Assembly: GCF_964273145.1 (NCBI RefSeq)
Contig: NZ_OZ186875.1
Location: forward strand, 54,038-118,037
DNA from: Streptomyces sp. enrichment culture
GTDB taxonomy: Bacteria; Actinomycetota; Actinomycetes; Streptomycetales; Streptomycetaceae
Direction: 5' to 3'
DNA: 64,000 nt
Shown here: positions 8,350-18,242 of the stretch, in pieces
Numbering within the stretch: position 1 is the first letter of the stretch
Layout of the letters: every line of letters begins with the position of its first letter
Notes under the pieces: generated by a model
Database searches by the model: none
What the model saw: only the letters and a program-made list of their open reading frames with translations
What the model was told of the DNA's origin: nothing
Position numbers and translations under genes: made by a program

Positions 8350-10256
8350 CGGTCGCAAAGAAATGGCTTCGCAGGAATTCGCCGGGAATTGTGGCCCTGG
8401 CCCTGATGGTGGGCACCTTCTACGGCGTACGGCTGCCCGAGTCCTCGGCCGCCGAGATCGAAAAGCTGGCGAAGGATTTCTCCTTCGAGCCGATGTCCAT
8501 CGCCCTGCCCGCCGGATTCGAGAAGCAGGAGGTCCGGAAGGTCAACAAGGCCTACCGGCACATCGAGGCGTGGATCTCCTCGGTCGGCGCCGGAGTCGCC
8601 GTCAACGACCTGGACGGCGACGGCCTGGCCAACGACCTGTGCGTGAACGACGTACGCATCGACCAGGCCGTGGTCACCCCCGCGCCCACCCGCAAGGACA
8701 AGTACGAGCCGTTCGCGCTGGACCCGGCCCCCCTGGGCACCAGCGCGACGATGGCGCCGATGGGCTGCATGCCCGGCGACTACGACGAGGACGGCAGCAT
8801 GGACCTCCTCGTCTACTACTGGGGCCGCACGCCCGTCCTGTTCATGAACAAGGGGCGGAAGGACGAGCCGCTGACCGCCGCCTCCTTCACCCCCACCGAG
8901 CTGCTGCCGGGCAAACCCGGCCGGACCTACACCGGCCCGTTGTGGAACTCCAACGCGGCGGCGGTGGCCGACTTCGACGGCGACGGCCACGACGACATCT
9001 ACATCGGCAACTACTTCCCCGACAGCCCGGTCCTGGACCCGTCCAAGGACGGCGACGTCACCATGAACGCCTCGCTCTCGCACGCCCAGAACGGCGGCGG
9101 CGGCCACTTCTTCCGCTGGACGAAGGACGGCTACGAGAAGGTCGACGACGCCATCCCGCAGAACCTGAACAAGGGCTGGACGCTCGGCGCCTCCGCCGCC
9201 GACCTCGACGGCGACCGGCTGCCCGAGATGTTCCTCGCCCACGACTTCGGCACCTCGGCGCTGCTGCACAACACCTCCACCCCGGGCAGGATCCGCTTCT
9301 CCGAGGTCAAGGCCGAGCACACCGCGACCGTGCCCAAGTCCAAGGAACTGGGCCGCAGCTCGTTCAAGGGCATGGGCGTCGACTTCGGCGACCTGGACCA
9401 CGACGGGCTGTACGACATGTTCGTCAGCAACATCACCACCTCGTTCGGCATCCAGGAGTCCAACTTCGCCTTCATCAGCGACGCCGGCAGCCGAGCGGAG
9501 CTGCGGGGCCGCTTCGCCGAGGGCGAGGCCCCCTACAAGGACGAGTCCACCGGCCTGGGGCTCGCCTGGTCCGGCTGGGGCTGGGACGTGAAGACGGGCG
9601 ACTTCGACAACGACGGCGACCTGGAGATCACCCAGGCCCTCGGCTTCGTCAAGGGCAAGAACAACCGCTGGCCGCAGCTGCAGGAGCTCGCCACCGCCAA
9701 CGACGCCCTGGTCCCCAACCCCCAGTGGTGGCCGAACGTCGAGCACGGCGACGACCTCGCCGGCAACCAGCGCATGCGCTTCTTCGCCAAGGACCCCGAC
9801 ACCGGCCGCTACCACAACCTCTCCGTCGCCCTCGGCATCGGCGAGCCCGTCCCCACCCGCGGCATCGCCACCGGTGACGTCGACGGCGACGGCCGCCTCG
9901 ACATGGCGGTGGCCCGCCAGTGGGGCGAGCCCGTCTTCCTCCACAACGTCAGCGAGAACCCCGGCGCCCACCTGGGGCTGAAGCTCACCCACCCGGACGG
10001 CGCCCCCGTGGTCGGCGCGGAGGTCTGCGTCGAACTGCCCGACGGCACCAAGCGCATCACCCGCCTGGACGGCGGCGGCGGCCACTCCGGCAAGCGCAGC
10101 ACCGACGTCCACCTCGGGCTGGGCAAGGACGTCCGCACCCCCGTACCCACCGAGATCACCTGGCGCGACCGGACCGGCGAGGTCCACACGCAGAAGCTGA
10201 AGCTTGCCCCGGGCTGGCACAGCCTCCAGTTGGGCACCGAGGCCAAGGAGAAGTGA
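8346..10256 (+). CDS. sgcE4: Enediyne biosynthesis protein E4 (UnbV/ASPIC, FG-GAP repeats)
   Basis: Repeated DxDGDG motifs, C-terminal GGGHSGKRS, N-terminal hydrophobic segment; GTGA overlap with E3. Confidence 0.92.
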   Translation: MTVAKKWLRRNSPGIVALALMVGTFYGVRLPESSAAEIEKLAKDFSFEPMSIALPAGFEKQEVRKVNKAYRHIEAWISSVGAGVAVNDLDGDGLANDLCVNDVRIDQAVVTPAPTRKDKYEPFALDPAPLGTSATMAPMGCMPGDYDEDGSMDLLVYYWGRTPVLFMNKGRKDEPLTAASFTPTELLPGKPGRTYTGPLWNSNAAAVADFDGDGHDDIYIGNYFPDSPVLDPSKDGDVTMNASLSHAQNGGGGHFFRWTKDGYEKVDDAIPQNLNKGWTLGASAADLDGDRLPEMFLAHDFGTSALLHNTSTPGRIRFSEVKAEHTATVPKSKELGRSSFKGMGVDFGDLDHDGLYDMFVSNITTSFGIQESNFAFISDAGSRAELRGRFAEGEAPYKDESTGLGLAWSGWGWDVKTGDFDNDGDLEITQALGFVKGKNNRWPQLQELATANDALVPNPQWWPNVEHGDDLAGNQRMRFFAKDPDTGRYHNLSVALGIGEPVPTRGIATGDVDGDGRLDMAVARQWGEPVFLHNVSENPGAHLGLKLTHPDGAPVVGAEVCVELPDGTKRITRLDGGGGHSGKRSTDVHLGLGKDVRTPVPTEITWRDRTGEVHTQKLKLAPGWHSLQLGTEAKEK

Positions 10257-10258
10257 CG

Positions 10259-11353
10259 ATGTCCGCACCCAGTCCCGCCGCACGGCACAACCCGAAGGTC
10301 ACCACCGCGTTGCGCCGGTTCGCGATCTCCATCTCCGTGCTGAACATCTTCGGTTACACCGTCCTCGGCTTCGAACAGCCCTGGCTCTGGCCGTTCGTCG
10401 CCCTGGCGACCGGCTACACCGTCGAGATCGTCCTGGAGCTCCTCGGCGCCCGCGCCGAGGGCCGCGCGCCGCGCTTCACCGGCGGCGGCTTCAAGGGCCT
10501 GGTGGAGTTCCTCTTCCCGGCCCACATCACCTCGCTCGCCGTGAACATGCTGTCGTACGTCAACGACCGGATGTGGGTCATGGTGTTCGGCGTCATCGTC
10601 GCCGTCGGCACCAAGTGGGTGCTGCGCGCCCCGGTCAAGGGACGCATGCGGCACTTCATGAACCCCTCGAACTTCGGCATCGCCGTCATCCTGGTGCTCT
10701 TCCCCTGGGCGTCCATCGCCCCGCCGTACCACTTCACCGAGTACCTCGACGGCGGCTTCGACTGGCTCGTGCCGGCGATCATCATCACCCTCGGCACGAT
10801 GCTCAACGCCAAGCTCACCGAGCGCATGTGGCTGATCCTCGCCTGGGTCGGCGGCTTCGCCCTCCAGGCGATCGTCCGCGGCCTGCTGTTCGGCACCTCC
10901 ATCCCCGCGGCCCTGGCGATGATGACCGGCGTGGCGTTCGTGCTCTTCACGAACTACATGATCACGGACCCGGGTACGACGCCGTCGTCGAAGTGGGGCC
11001 AGATCGCCTTCGGCGGCGGTGTCGCCGCCCTGTACGGCGTGCTGACCGCGATGAGCGTCGCCTACGGCCTGTTCTTCGCCACCGCCCTGGTCTGCGCCGT
11101 CCGCGGCGCCTTCCTGTGGACCGCCGACATCGTGGCCAGGAGGCGGGCCGAGGAGGCCCTCGCCCTCGCCGCCGTCACCCAGTCCGGCACCCCGTCCGGC
11201 ACCCCGTCCGGCACCCAGTCCGGCACCCCGTCCGGCACCGCTCCCGAGGCGGCCGGGACGTCCGCCGCGTGCGCCTGCCCGGCCGGCGCCTGCGCCTGCC
11301 CCGCCCCGGCGAACGCCGGGGCCGAGACCCTCAAGACACCGGTGGCAGCATGA
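10259..11353 (+). CDS. sgcE5: Enediyne biosynthesis protein E5 (UnbU), membrane protein
   Basis: Multi-TM protein with HFMNPSNFGI and YMITDPGTTP; ATGA overlap with pksE. Confidence 0.92.
   Translation: MSAPSPAARHNPKVTTALRRFAISISVLNIFGYTVLGFEQPWLWPFVALATGYTVEIVLELLGARAEGRAPRFTGGGFKGLVEFLFPAHITSLAVNMLSYVNDRMWVMVFGVIVAVGTKWVLRAPVKGRMRHFMNPSNFGIAVILVLFPWASIAPPYHFTEYLDGGFDWLVPAIIITLGTMLNAKLTERMWLILAWVGGFALQAIVRGLLFGTSIPAALAMMTGVAFVLFTNYMITDPGTTPSSKWGQIAFGGGVAALYGVLTAMSVAYGLFFATALVCAVRGAFLWTADIVARRRAEEALALAAVTQSGTPSGTPSGTQSGTPSGTAPEAAGTSAACACPAGACACPAPANAGAETLKTPVAA
11176..11239 (+). repeat. 12-bp tandem repeat (~5.3 copies) in the E5 tail
   Basis: CACCC(A/C)GTCCGG units encoding T(Q/P)SG. Confidence 0.9.
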
Positions 11354-14300
11354 CCAGAATCGCCATCGTCGGCATGGCCTGCCGCTATCCCGACGCCACG
11401 GACCCCAAGCAACTGTGGGACAACGCCGTCGCCGGACGGCGCGCGTTCCGCCGCCTGCCCGACGTCCGGATGAACCTGGACGACTACTGGGACGCGGACC
11501 CGGCCACCCCCGACACCTTCTACGCCCGCAACGCCGCGGTCCTGGAGGGCTACGAGTTCGACCGGGTCGCCCACAAGATCGCGGGCAGCACCTTCCGGTC
11601 GACCGACCTGACGCACTGGCTCGCCCTGGACACCGCCGGGCGCGCGCTCGCCGACGCCGGGTTCCCCGGCGGCGAGGGCCTGCCCCGCGAACGCACCGGC
11701 GTCATCGTCGGCAACACCCTCACCGGCGAGTTCTCCCGCGCCAACGTGATGCGGCTGCGCTGGCCGTACGTACGGCGGGTGATGGCCGCGGCCCTCAAGG
11801 GCGAACAGGACTGGGACGAGGACCGCATCGCGCGCTTCCTCGACGAGGTCGAGACCGCGTACAAGGAGCCGTTCCCCGCCGTCGACGAGGACACCCTCGC
11901 CGGGGGACTCGCCAACACCATCGCCGGCCGGATCTGCAACCACTTCGACCTCAACGGCGGCGGATACACCGTCGACGGCGCCTGCTCCTCCTCGCTGCTG
12001 TCGGTCACCACCGCGGGGACCGCGCTGGCCGGCGGGGAGATCGACGTCGCCGTCGCCGGCGGGGTGGACCTGTCGATCGACCCGTTCGAGATCATCGGCT
12101 TCGCCAAGACCGGCGCGCTCGCCAAGGACGAGATGAGGCTCTACGACCGCGGCTCCAACGGCTTCTGGCCGGGTGAGGGCTGCGGCATGGTCGTCCTGAT
12201 GCGGGAGGAGGACGCCCTCGCCGCGGGCCACCGCATCTACGCCACCGTCGCGGGCTGGGGCGTGTCCTCCGACGGCCAGGGCGGCATCACCCGCCCCGAG
12301 GTGAGCGGATACCAGCTGGCACTCGAACGGGCCTACCGGCGGGCCGGGTTCGGCATCGAGACCGTCCGGCTCTTCGAGGGGCACGGCACCGGCACCGCCG
12401 TGGGCGACACCACCGAGCTCACCGCCCTGTCCGACGCGCGCCGCCGGGCCGACCCCGGCGCGCCGGCCGCGGCCATCACCTCCATCAAGGGCATGATCGG
12501 CCACACCAAGGCGGCCGCCGGCGTCGCCGGCCTGATCAAGGCGGCCATGGCCGTCGAGCACCGGACCCTCCCGCCGGCCATCGGCACCGTCGACCCGCAC
12601 GAACTGCTCACCGGCGACGAGGCCGCCCTCAAGGCCCTGCGCAAGGCCGAGCCCTGGCCCGAGGGAGCACCGCGCCGGGCCGGCGTCACCGCCATGGGCT
12701 TCGGCGGCATCAACACCCACGTCGTCCTCGACGAGCCCGCCGGCCGGCGCCGCACGGCCCCCAGCCGGCGCACCGCCGCCCTCGCCCACGCGCCGCAGGA
12801 CTGCGAACTGCTCGTCCTGGACGGCGAGTCCCCCCAGGCGCTGCGCGCCCGGCTCACCGAGGTCGCCGCCTTCGCCGCCCGGGTCTCCTACGGCCAGGTC
12901 GCCGACCTCGCCGCCACACTCCAGCGCGAACTGCGCGGCCTGCCCCACCGCGCGGCCGTCGTCGCCGCCTCCCCGCAGGACGCCGAGCGCCGCCTGACCC
13001 ACCTGGCCGGCCTGCTGGAGTCGGGGCAGACCTCGTACACCGCCGCCGACGGCCGCGGCTTCCTGGGCCGGGCCACCCGGCGCGCACGGATCGGCTTCCT
13101 CTTCCCGGGCCAGGGCTCCGGCCACGGCACCGGCGGAGGCGCGCTGGCCCGCCGCTTCCCCGAGGCCGCCGAGGTCTTCGACCGGGCCGCGCTGCCCGCC
13201 ACCGGCGACATGGTCGCCACGGACGTGGCGCAGCCGCGCATCGTCACCGGCTCCGCCGCGGGCCTGCGCGTCCTCGACGCGCTGCGCCTGGAGGCGTCGG
13301 TCGCCGTCGGGCACAGCCTCGGCGAGCTGTCCGCCCTGCACTGGGCCGGGGCCCTCGACGAGGAAACGCTCCTGCGGGCGGCGCGGGTACGCGGCCGGGC
13401 CATGGCCGAGCACGGCGCCGCGGGCACGATGGCCTCCCTGGGCACCACGCCCGAGCGGGCCGGGGAGCTCCTCGCCGGCCTCGACGCCGTCATCGCCGGG
13501 TACAACGGCCCGGAGCAGACGGTGATCGCCGGTTCGCCGGCGGACATCGACGAACTCCAGCGCCGCGCCCAGCGGGCCGGGGTCGCCTGCACCCGCCTGA
13601 ACGTCTCGCACGCCTTCCACTCGCCGCTCGTCGCCGACTGCGCCGCGGCCTTCGGCGCCTGGCTGGCCACGGCCCGCCTCGGCTCCCCCTCCGGCCGCGT
13701 CGTCTCCACCGTCACCGGCGAGGAACTGGCGGCCGGGACGGACCTGGCCGCGCTGCTCACCGAGCAGATCACCGGGCCCGTCCGCTTCACGCGGGCGGTG
13801 AGCGAGGCGGCCCGCCACGTCGACCTGTTCGTCGAGGTCGGCCCCGGACGCGTGCTCAGCGCTCTCGCCCGGGCCACCACCGGTGTCCCGGCCGTCGCCC
13901 TGAACACCGACGACGAGTCGCTGCGCAGCGCCCTCGCGGTCGCCGGCGCCGCGTTCGTCGCCGGAGCGCCCGTCGCCCTGGAGCGGCTCTTCGAGGACCG
14001 GCTCATCCGGCCGCTCGTCATCGGCCAGGAGTTCTCCTTCCTCACCAGCCCCTGTGAGCAGGTACCGCGCCAGGAGGCGCTGTCCGAGCGCCGCCGGCGG
14101 CCCGCCGCCCCGGCGGCCGGGGCGGCGCACGACGAGCGCCCGGCACCGGCTCCCGCGGACACCCGGGCCGCCGGCGGGACACCGGTGGCCGGTGACGGAC
14201 CGGCCGCCGGGGAGACGGCCGGGGACGGCGCCGGCGCGCTGGAGGTGCTGCGCGGCCTGGTCGCCGAGCGCGCCGAGCTGCCCGCCGAACTCGTCGACCC

Positions 14301-17238
14301 CGCCAGCCGGCTCCTGGACGACCTCCACATGAGCTCGATCACCGTCGGCCAGATCGTCAACCAGGCGGCGTCCCGCCTGGGGATCGCCGCGGCGCAGGTG
14401 CCGACCAACTTCGCCACCGCCACCCTGGCCGAACTGGCCGAGGCCCTGGAGACCCTCGCCGGCACCGGCGGCGCCGAGGCGCCCGCCGCCCCCGTCGTCG
14501 CGGGCGCGGCCCCCTGGGCCCGCCCCTTCGCCGTCGACCTCGACGAGGTCGCCCGGCCGCCCGCCGCCCCCGGCGGCACCGACGGGGACTGGGAGCTGTT
14601 CGCCCCCCAGGGACATCCGTACGCCGAACGGCTGCGCCGGGAACTGGCGGGTGCCGGTGTCGGCGCGGGCGTGCTGGCCGTGCTGTCCGAGGGCTGCGCG
14701 CGGCAGGAGGTGGACCGGGTGCTGGCCGCCGCGCACAGCGCGCTCGCCGGCGACCGCGAACGCCGCTTCGTCCTCGTCCAGGACGGGCGCGGCGCCGCGG
14801 GCCTGGCCAAGACCCTGTACCTGGAGGCCCCGCACCTGCGCACCACCGTCGTCCACACCCCGGCCGCACCGGACGCGGTGGAACGGGTGGTGGCCGAGGT
14901 GGCGGCCACCACCCGCTTCACCGAGGTCCACTACGACGACGCCGGCGTGCGCCGCGTGCCGACCCTGCGGGCCCTGCCGGTGGCGCCCGAGCGCACCGGG
15001 TCACCGCTGGACGCCTCGGACGTCCTGCTGGTGACGGGCGGCGGCAAGGGCATTTCCGCGGAGTGCGCGCTGGCCGTGGCCCGCAGGACCGGTGCCGCGC
15101 TGGCCGTCCTGGGCCGCTCGGACCCGGCCGGGGACCGGGAACTCGCCGACAACCTCGAGCGGATGCGCGCCGGTGGCGTGCGCGTGCACTACGCGCGGGC
15201 CGACGTCACCGTCCCCGGGCAGGTCGCCGCGGCCGTCGCCGAACTGACCGGGGAGCTCGGGACGGTCACCGGCCTGCTGCACGGTGCCGGCCGCAACGAG
15301 CCGAACGCGCTGGCGCGGCTGGCCCCGGGCGACTTCGAGCGGACCTTCGCCCCGAAGGTCGACGGGCTGCGCACGGTCCTGGACGCGGTGGGTGCCGGCA
15401 ACCTCAAACTGCTGGTGACCTTCGGCAGCATCATCGGCCGGGCCGGCCTGCGCGGCGAGGCCCACTACGCCACCGCCAACGAGTGGCTGGCCGACCTCAC
15501 CGAGGAGACCGCCCGCGCCCATCCCGGCCTGCGGGCCCGCTGTGTGGAGTGGTCGGTGTGGTCCGGTGTCGGCATGGGCGAGAAGCTCTCCGTCGTGGAG
15601 TCCCTGTCCCGCGAGGGCATCACACCGGTCTCCCCGGACCAGGGCGTGGAGATCCTGCTGCGCCTGATCGAGGACCCGGACGCGCCCGTGGTGACGGTCG
15701 TCAGCGGCCGCACCGAGGGCATCGACACCGTCCGCCGCGACCTGCCGGACCTGCCGATGCTGCGCTTCACCGGCAACCCGCTGGTGCGCTACCACGGCGT
15801 CGAGCTGGTCACCGAGGCGGAGCTGAACGCCGGGACCGACCCGTACCTGTCCGACCACCTGCTCGACGGCAACCTGCTGCTGCCCGCCGTCATCGGCATG
15901 GAGGCCATGACCCAGGTCGCCACCGCGGTCACCGGCCGCACCGGCGTCCCGGTCATCGAGGACGCCAGGTTCCTGCGGCCCATCGTGGTGCCGCCCAACG
16001 GCAGCACCCGCATCAGGATCGCGGCGACCGTCACCGGCGCCGACACCGTCGACGCCGCCATCCACGCCGAGGACACCGGGTTCGCCGCCGAGCACTTCCG
16101 GGCCCGTCTGGTGTTCACCGGGGCCGCCGCGCCCGACGGCCCGCCGCTGCAGGTGCCCGACGGCACCCCGGCCGTGCCGCTGGACCCGGCCACCGACCTG
16201 TACGGCGGCGTCCTGTTCCAGGGCGCCCGCTTCCAGCGGCTGCGCCGCTTCCACCGGGCCGCCGCCCGGCACGTGGACGCCGAGGTCGCCGTCGAGCAGA
16301 GGCCCGAGGGCTGGTTCGCCGGCTTCCTGCCCGGCCGGCTGCTGCTCGCCGACCCGGGCATGCGCGACGCGCTCATGCACGGCAACCAGGTGTGCGTCCC
16401 CGACGCGACCCTGCTGCCGTCCGGCGTGGAGCGCATCCACGCGCTCGGCTCGGGCGACCACGTCCCCGGCCGGCTGCGGTACACCGCCGTCGAGCGCAGC
16501 CGCGACGGCGACACCTACGTGTACGACATCGCGGTGCGCGACGACAGCGGCACCGTCGTCGAACGCTGGGACGGCCTGACCCTGCACGCCGTGCGCAAGA
16601 CCGACGGCTCCGGCCCGTGGGTCGCCCCGCTGCTCGGCCCGTACCTGGAGCGCGCGCTGGAGGACGTCGTCGGCAGCCGCATCGCCGTCGCCGTCGAGCC
16701 GCACGGGGACGCCCCGGCCGGTTCCGTCGCCCAGCGCCGCGGTTTCACCGCGGACGCGGCGGCGCGGGCGCTGGGCGGCCCGGTGACGGTCCGGCACCGC
16801 CCGGACGGGCGGCCCGAGCTGGAACCGGACCGGCACCTGTCGGTGTCGGCGGCGCACGGCCTGGGGATCACCCTCAGCGCCGTCTGCGACACCGAGGTGG
16901 CCTGCGACGTCGAGGCGGTCAGCATGCGCTCGGCCCACGAGTGGCGCGGGCTGCTCGGGGACCACGCGGCCGTCGCCGAGCTGGTCGCCCAAGAGACGGG
17001 CGAGGCGCCGGACACCGCCGCCACGCGGGTGTGGGGGGCGGTGGAGTGCCTGCGCAAGGCCGGCGTCATGGCCGGCGCGCCCCTGACGGTGCTGCCGCGC
17101 CGCAAGGACGCCTGGGTGGTCTTCGCCGCGGGCGACCTGCGGATCGCGACCTTCGTCACCGCGCTGCGCGACGCCCTGGAGCCCGCCGTCTTCGCGTTCC
17201 TCACGCACGCACCGCACACCGCACAGGGGAGGGGCTAG
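11350..17238 (+). CDS. pksE: Iterative type I enediyne polyketide synthase (KS-AT-ACP-KR-DH-PPTase), ~1962 aa
   Basis: KS DGACSSSL/EGHGTGT/GHTKAAAG; AT GHSLG/HAFH; ACP LLDDLHMSS; KR GGGKGIS/HYATAN; DH DHLLDGNLLLP; C-terminal PPTase ACDVE/WGAVECLRK. Confidence 0.98.
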   Translation: MTRIAIVGMACRYPDATDPKQLWDNAVAGRRAFRRLPDVRMNLDDYWDADPATPDTFYARNAAVLEGYEFDRVAHKIAGSTFRSTDLTHWLALDTAGRALADAGFPGGEGLPRERTGVIVGNTLTGEFSRANVMRLRWPYVRRVMAAALKGEQDWDEDRIARFLDEVETAYKEPFPAVDEDTLAGGLANTIAGRICNHFDLNGGGYTVDGACSSSLLSVTTAGTALAGGEIDVAVAGGVDLSIDPFEIIGFAKTGALAKDEMRLYDRGSNGFWPGEGCGMVVLMREEDALAAGHRIYATVAGWGVSSDGQGGITRPEVSGYQLALERAYRRAGFGIETVRLFEGHGTGTAVGDTTELTALSDARRRADPGAPAAAITSIKGMIGHTKAAAGVAGLIKAAMAVEHRTLPPAIGTVDPHELLTGDEAALKALRKAEPWPEGAPRRAGVTAMGFGGINTHVVLDEPAGRRRTAPSRRTAALAHAPQDCELLVLDGESPQALRARLTEVAAFAARVSYGQVADLAATLQRELRGLPHRAAVVAASPQDAERRLTHLAGLLESGQTSYTAADGRGFLGRATRRARIGFLFPGQGSGHGTGGGALARRFPEAAEVFDRAALPATGDMVATDVAQPRIVTGSAAGLRVLDALRLEASVAVGHSLGELSALHWAGALDEETLLRAARVRGRAMAEHGAAGTMASLGTTPERAGELLAGLDAVIAGYNGPEQTVIAGSPADIDELQRRAQRAGVACTRLNVSHAFHSPLVADCAAAFGAWLATARLGSPSGRVVSTVTGEELAAGTDLAALLTEQITGPVRFTRAVSEAARHVDLFVEVGPGRVLSALARATTGVPAVALNTDDESLRSALAVAGAAFVAGAPVALERLFEDRLIRPLVIGQEFSFLTSPCEQVPRQEALSERRRRPAAPAAGAAHDERPAPAPADTRAAGGTPVAGDGPAAGETAGDGAGALEVLRGLVAERAELPAELVDPASRLLDDLHMSSITVGQIVNQAASRLGIAAAQVPTNFATATLAELAEALETLAGTGGAEAPAAPVVAGAAPWARPFAVDLDEVARPPAAPGGTDGDWELFAPQGHPYAERLRRELAGAGVGAGVLAVLSEGCARQEVDRVLAAAHSALAGDRERRFVLVQDGRGAAGLAKTLYLEAPHLRTTVVHTPAAPDAVERVVAEVAATTRFTEVHYDDAGVRRVPTLRALPVAPERTGSPLDASDVLLVTGGGKGISAECALAVARRTGAALAVLGRSDPAGDRELADNLERMRAGGVRVHYARADVTVPGQVAAAVAELTGELGTVTGLLHGAGRNEPNALARLAPGDFERTFAPKVDGLRTVLDAVGAGNLKLLVTFGSIIGRAGLRGEAHYATANEWLADLTEETARAHPGLRARCVEWSVWSGVGMGEKLSVVESLSREGITPVSPDQGVEILLRLIEDPDAPVVTVVSGRTEGIDTVRRDLPDLPMLRFTGNPLVRYHGVELVTEAELNAGTDPYLSDHLLDGNLLLPAVIGMEAMTQVATAVTGRTGVPVIEDARFLRPIVVPPNGSTRIRIAATVTGADTVDAAIHAEDTGFAAEHFRARLVFTGAAAPDGPPLQVPDGTPAVPLDPATDLYGGVLFQGARFQRLRRFHRAAARHVDAEVAVEQRPEGWFAGFLPGRLLLADPGMRDALMHGNQVCVPDATLLPSGVERIHALGSGDHVPGRLRYTAVERSRDGDTYVYDIAVRDDSGTVVERWDGLTLHAVRKTDGSGPWVAPLLGPYLERALEDVVGSRIAVAVEPHGDAPAGSVAQRRGFTADAAARALGGPVTVRHRPDGRPELEPDRHLSVSAAHGLGITLSAVCDTEVACDVEAVSMRSAHEWRGLLGDHAAVAELVAQETGEAPDTAATRVWGAVECLRKAGVMAGAPLTVLPRRKDAWVVFAAGDLRIATFVTALRDALEPAVFAFLTHAPHTAQGRG

Positions 17239-17241
17239 GAC

Positions 17242-17700
17242 ATGGCGGAGGACTACTTCGAGTACCGGCACACGGTCGGTTTCGAGGAGACCAACCTGGT
17301 CGGCAACGTCTACTACGTGAACTACCTGCGCTGGCAGGGCCGGTGCCGGGAGCTGTTCCTGCACCGGAGGGCACCGGAGGTGCTGGCCGAGGTGCAGGCC
17401 GACCTGAAGCTGTTCACGCTGAAGGTGGACTGCGAGTTCTTCGCCGAGATCACCGCCTTCGACGAGCTGTCCATCCGGATGCGGCTGTCCGAACTGGGGC
17501 AGACGCAACTGGAGTTCACCTTCGACTACGTCAAGGTGACCGGCGGGGCGGAGGTGCTCGTGGCCCGCGGGCGCCAGCGGATCGCGTGCATGCGCGGGCC
17601 GAACACCGACACCGTGCCCGCGCGCATCCCCGAGGCCCTGGCCCGCGCCCTGGAGCCGTACACCGTCCACGGCCGCGTGCTGACGGGGCGGGCGGCATGA
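17242..17700 (+). CDS. sgcE10: Enediyne hotdog thioesterase E10
   Basis: FEETNLVGNVYYVNYLRWQGRCRE; directly after pksE. Confidence 0.96.
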   Translation: MAEDYFEYRHTVGFEETNLVGNVYYVNYLRWQGRCRELFLHRRAPEVLAEVQADLKLFTLKVDCEFFAEITAFDELSIRMRLSELGQTQLEFTFDYVKVTGGAEVLVARGRQRIACMRGPNTDTVPARIPEALARALEPYTVHGRVLTGRAA

Positions 17701-18242
17701 GAACCCTGGCCGCCGCGCCGCCGCGGGACGCCGCCGCCGGCGATCCCGCGCGGCTGCGGCGGGCCCTCGGGTCCTTCGCCACCGGTGTGACCGTCGTGAC
17801 GGTCGGCGGGGCACACCCGCGGGGGATGACCGCCAACTCCTTCACCTCGGTGTCGCTGGACCCCGCCCTGGTGCTGCTGTGCGTCGGCAACGACGCCCAG
17901 ATGAACCGGGTCCTCGCCGAGGCCGACACCTTCGCGGTGTCGGTCCTCGGCGCCGGGCAGGAGGACGTGGCCCGGCACTTCGCCGACCGCTCCCGCCCCC
18001 CGGGATCCGCGCAGTTCGACGCCGTGGACTGGCTGCCCGGCGAGATGGCCGGCGCCCCGCTGATCGCGGGGGCCGCCGCCCACTTCGAATGCGCCAGGTG
18101 GCGGGCGTACGACGGCGGCGACCACACCGTCCACGTCGGCCGGGTGCTCGCCCTGGACGACCTGCCGGGCCGCGAACCACTGGTCTTCCACGGCGGCCGC
18201 TTCCGGCGGCTCGCCGCACCCGGGGAAGGGGAGCGCGCATGA
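17697..18242 (+). CDS. sgcE6: Flavin reductase E6
   Basis: FATGVTVVT, ANSFTSVSLDP and GGDH motifs. Confidence 0.9.
   Translation: MRTLAAAPPRDAAAGDPARLRRALGSFATGVTVVTVGGAHPRGMTANSFTSVSLDPALVLLCVGNDAQMNRVLAEADTFAVSVLGAGQEDVARHFADRSRPPGSAQFDAVDWLPGEMAGAPLIAGAAAHFECARWRAYDGGDHTVHVGRVLALDDLPGREPLVFHGGRFRRLAAPGEGERA

Noticed and set aside
10204..11349. N-terminal extension making PksE 2344 aa
   Set aside because: Off-frame read across E5; the KS domain starts at MTRIAIVG (11350)
11062..17814. Very long antisense ORFs (1289, 937 and 677 aa) and similar ones elsewhere
   Set aside because: Expected from stop-codon scarcity opposite GC-rich genes; low-complexity Arg/Gly/Pro translations
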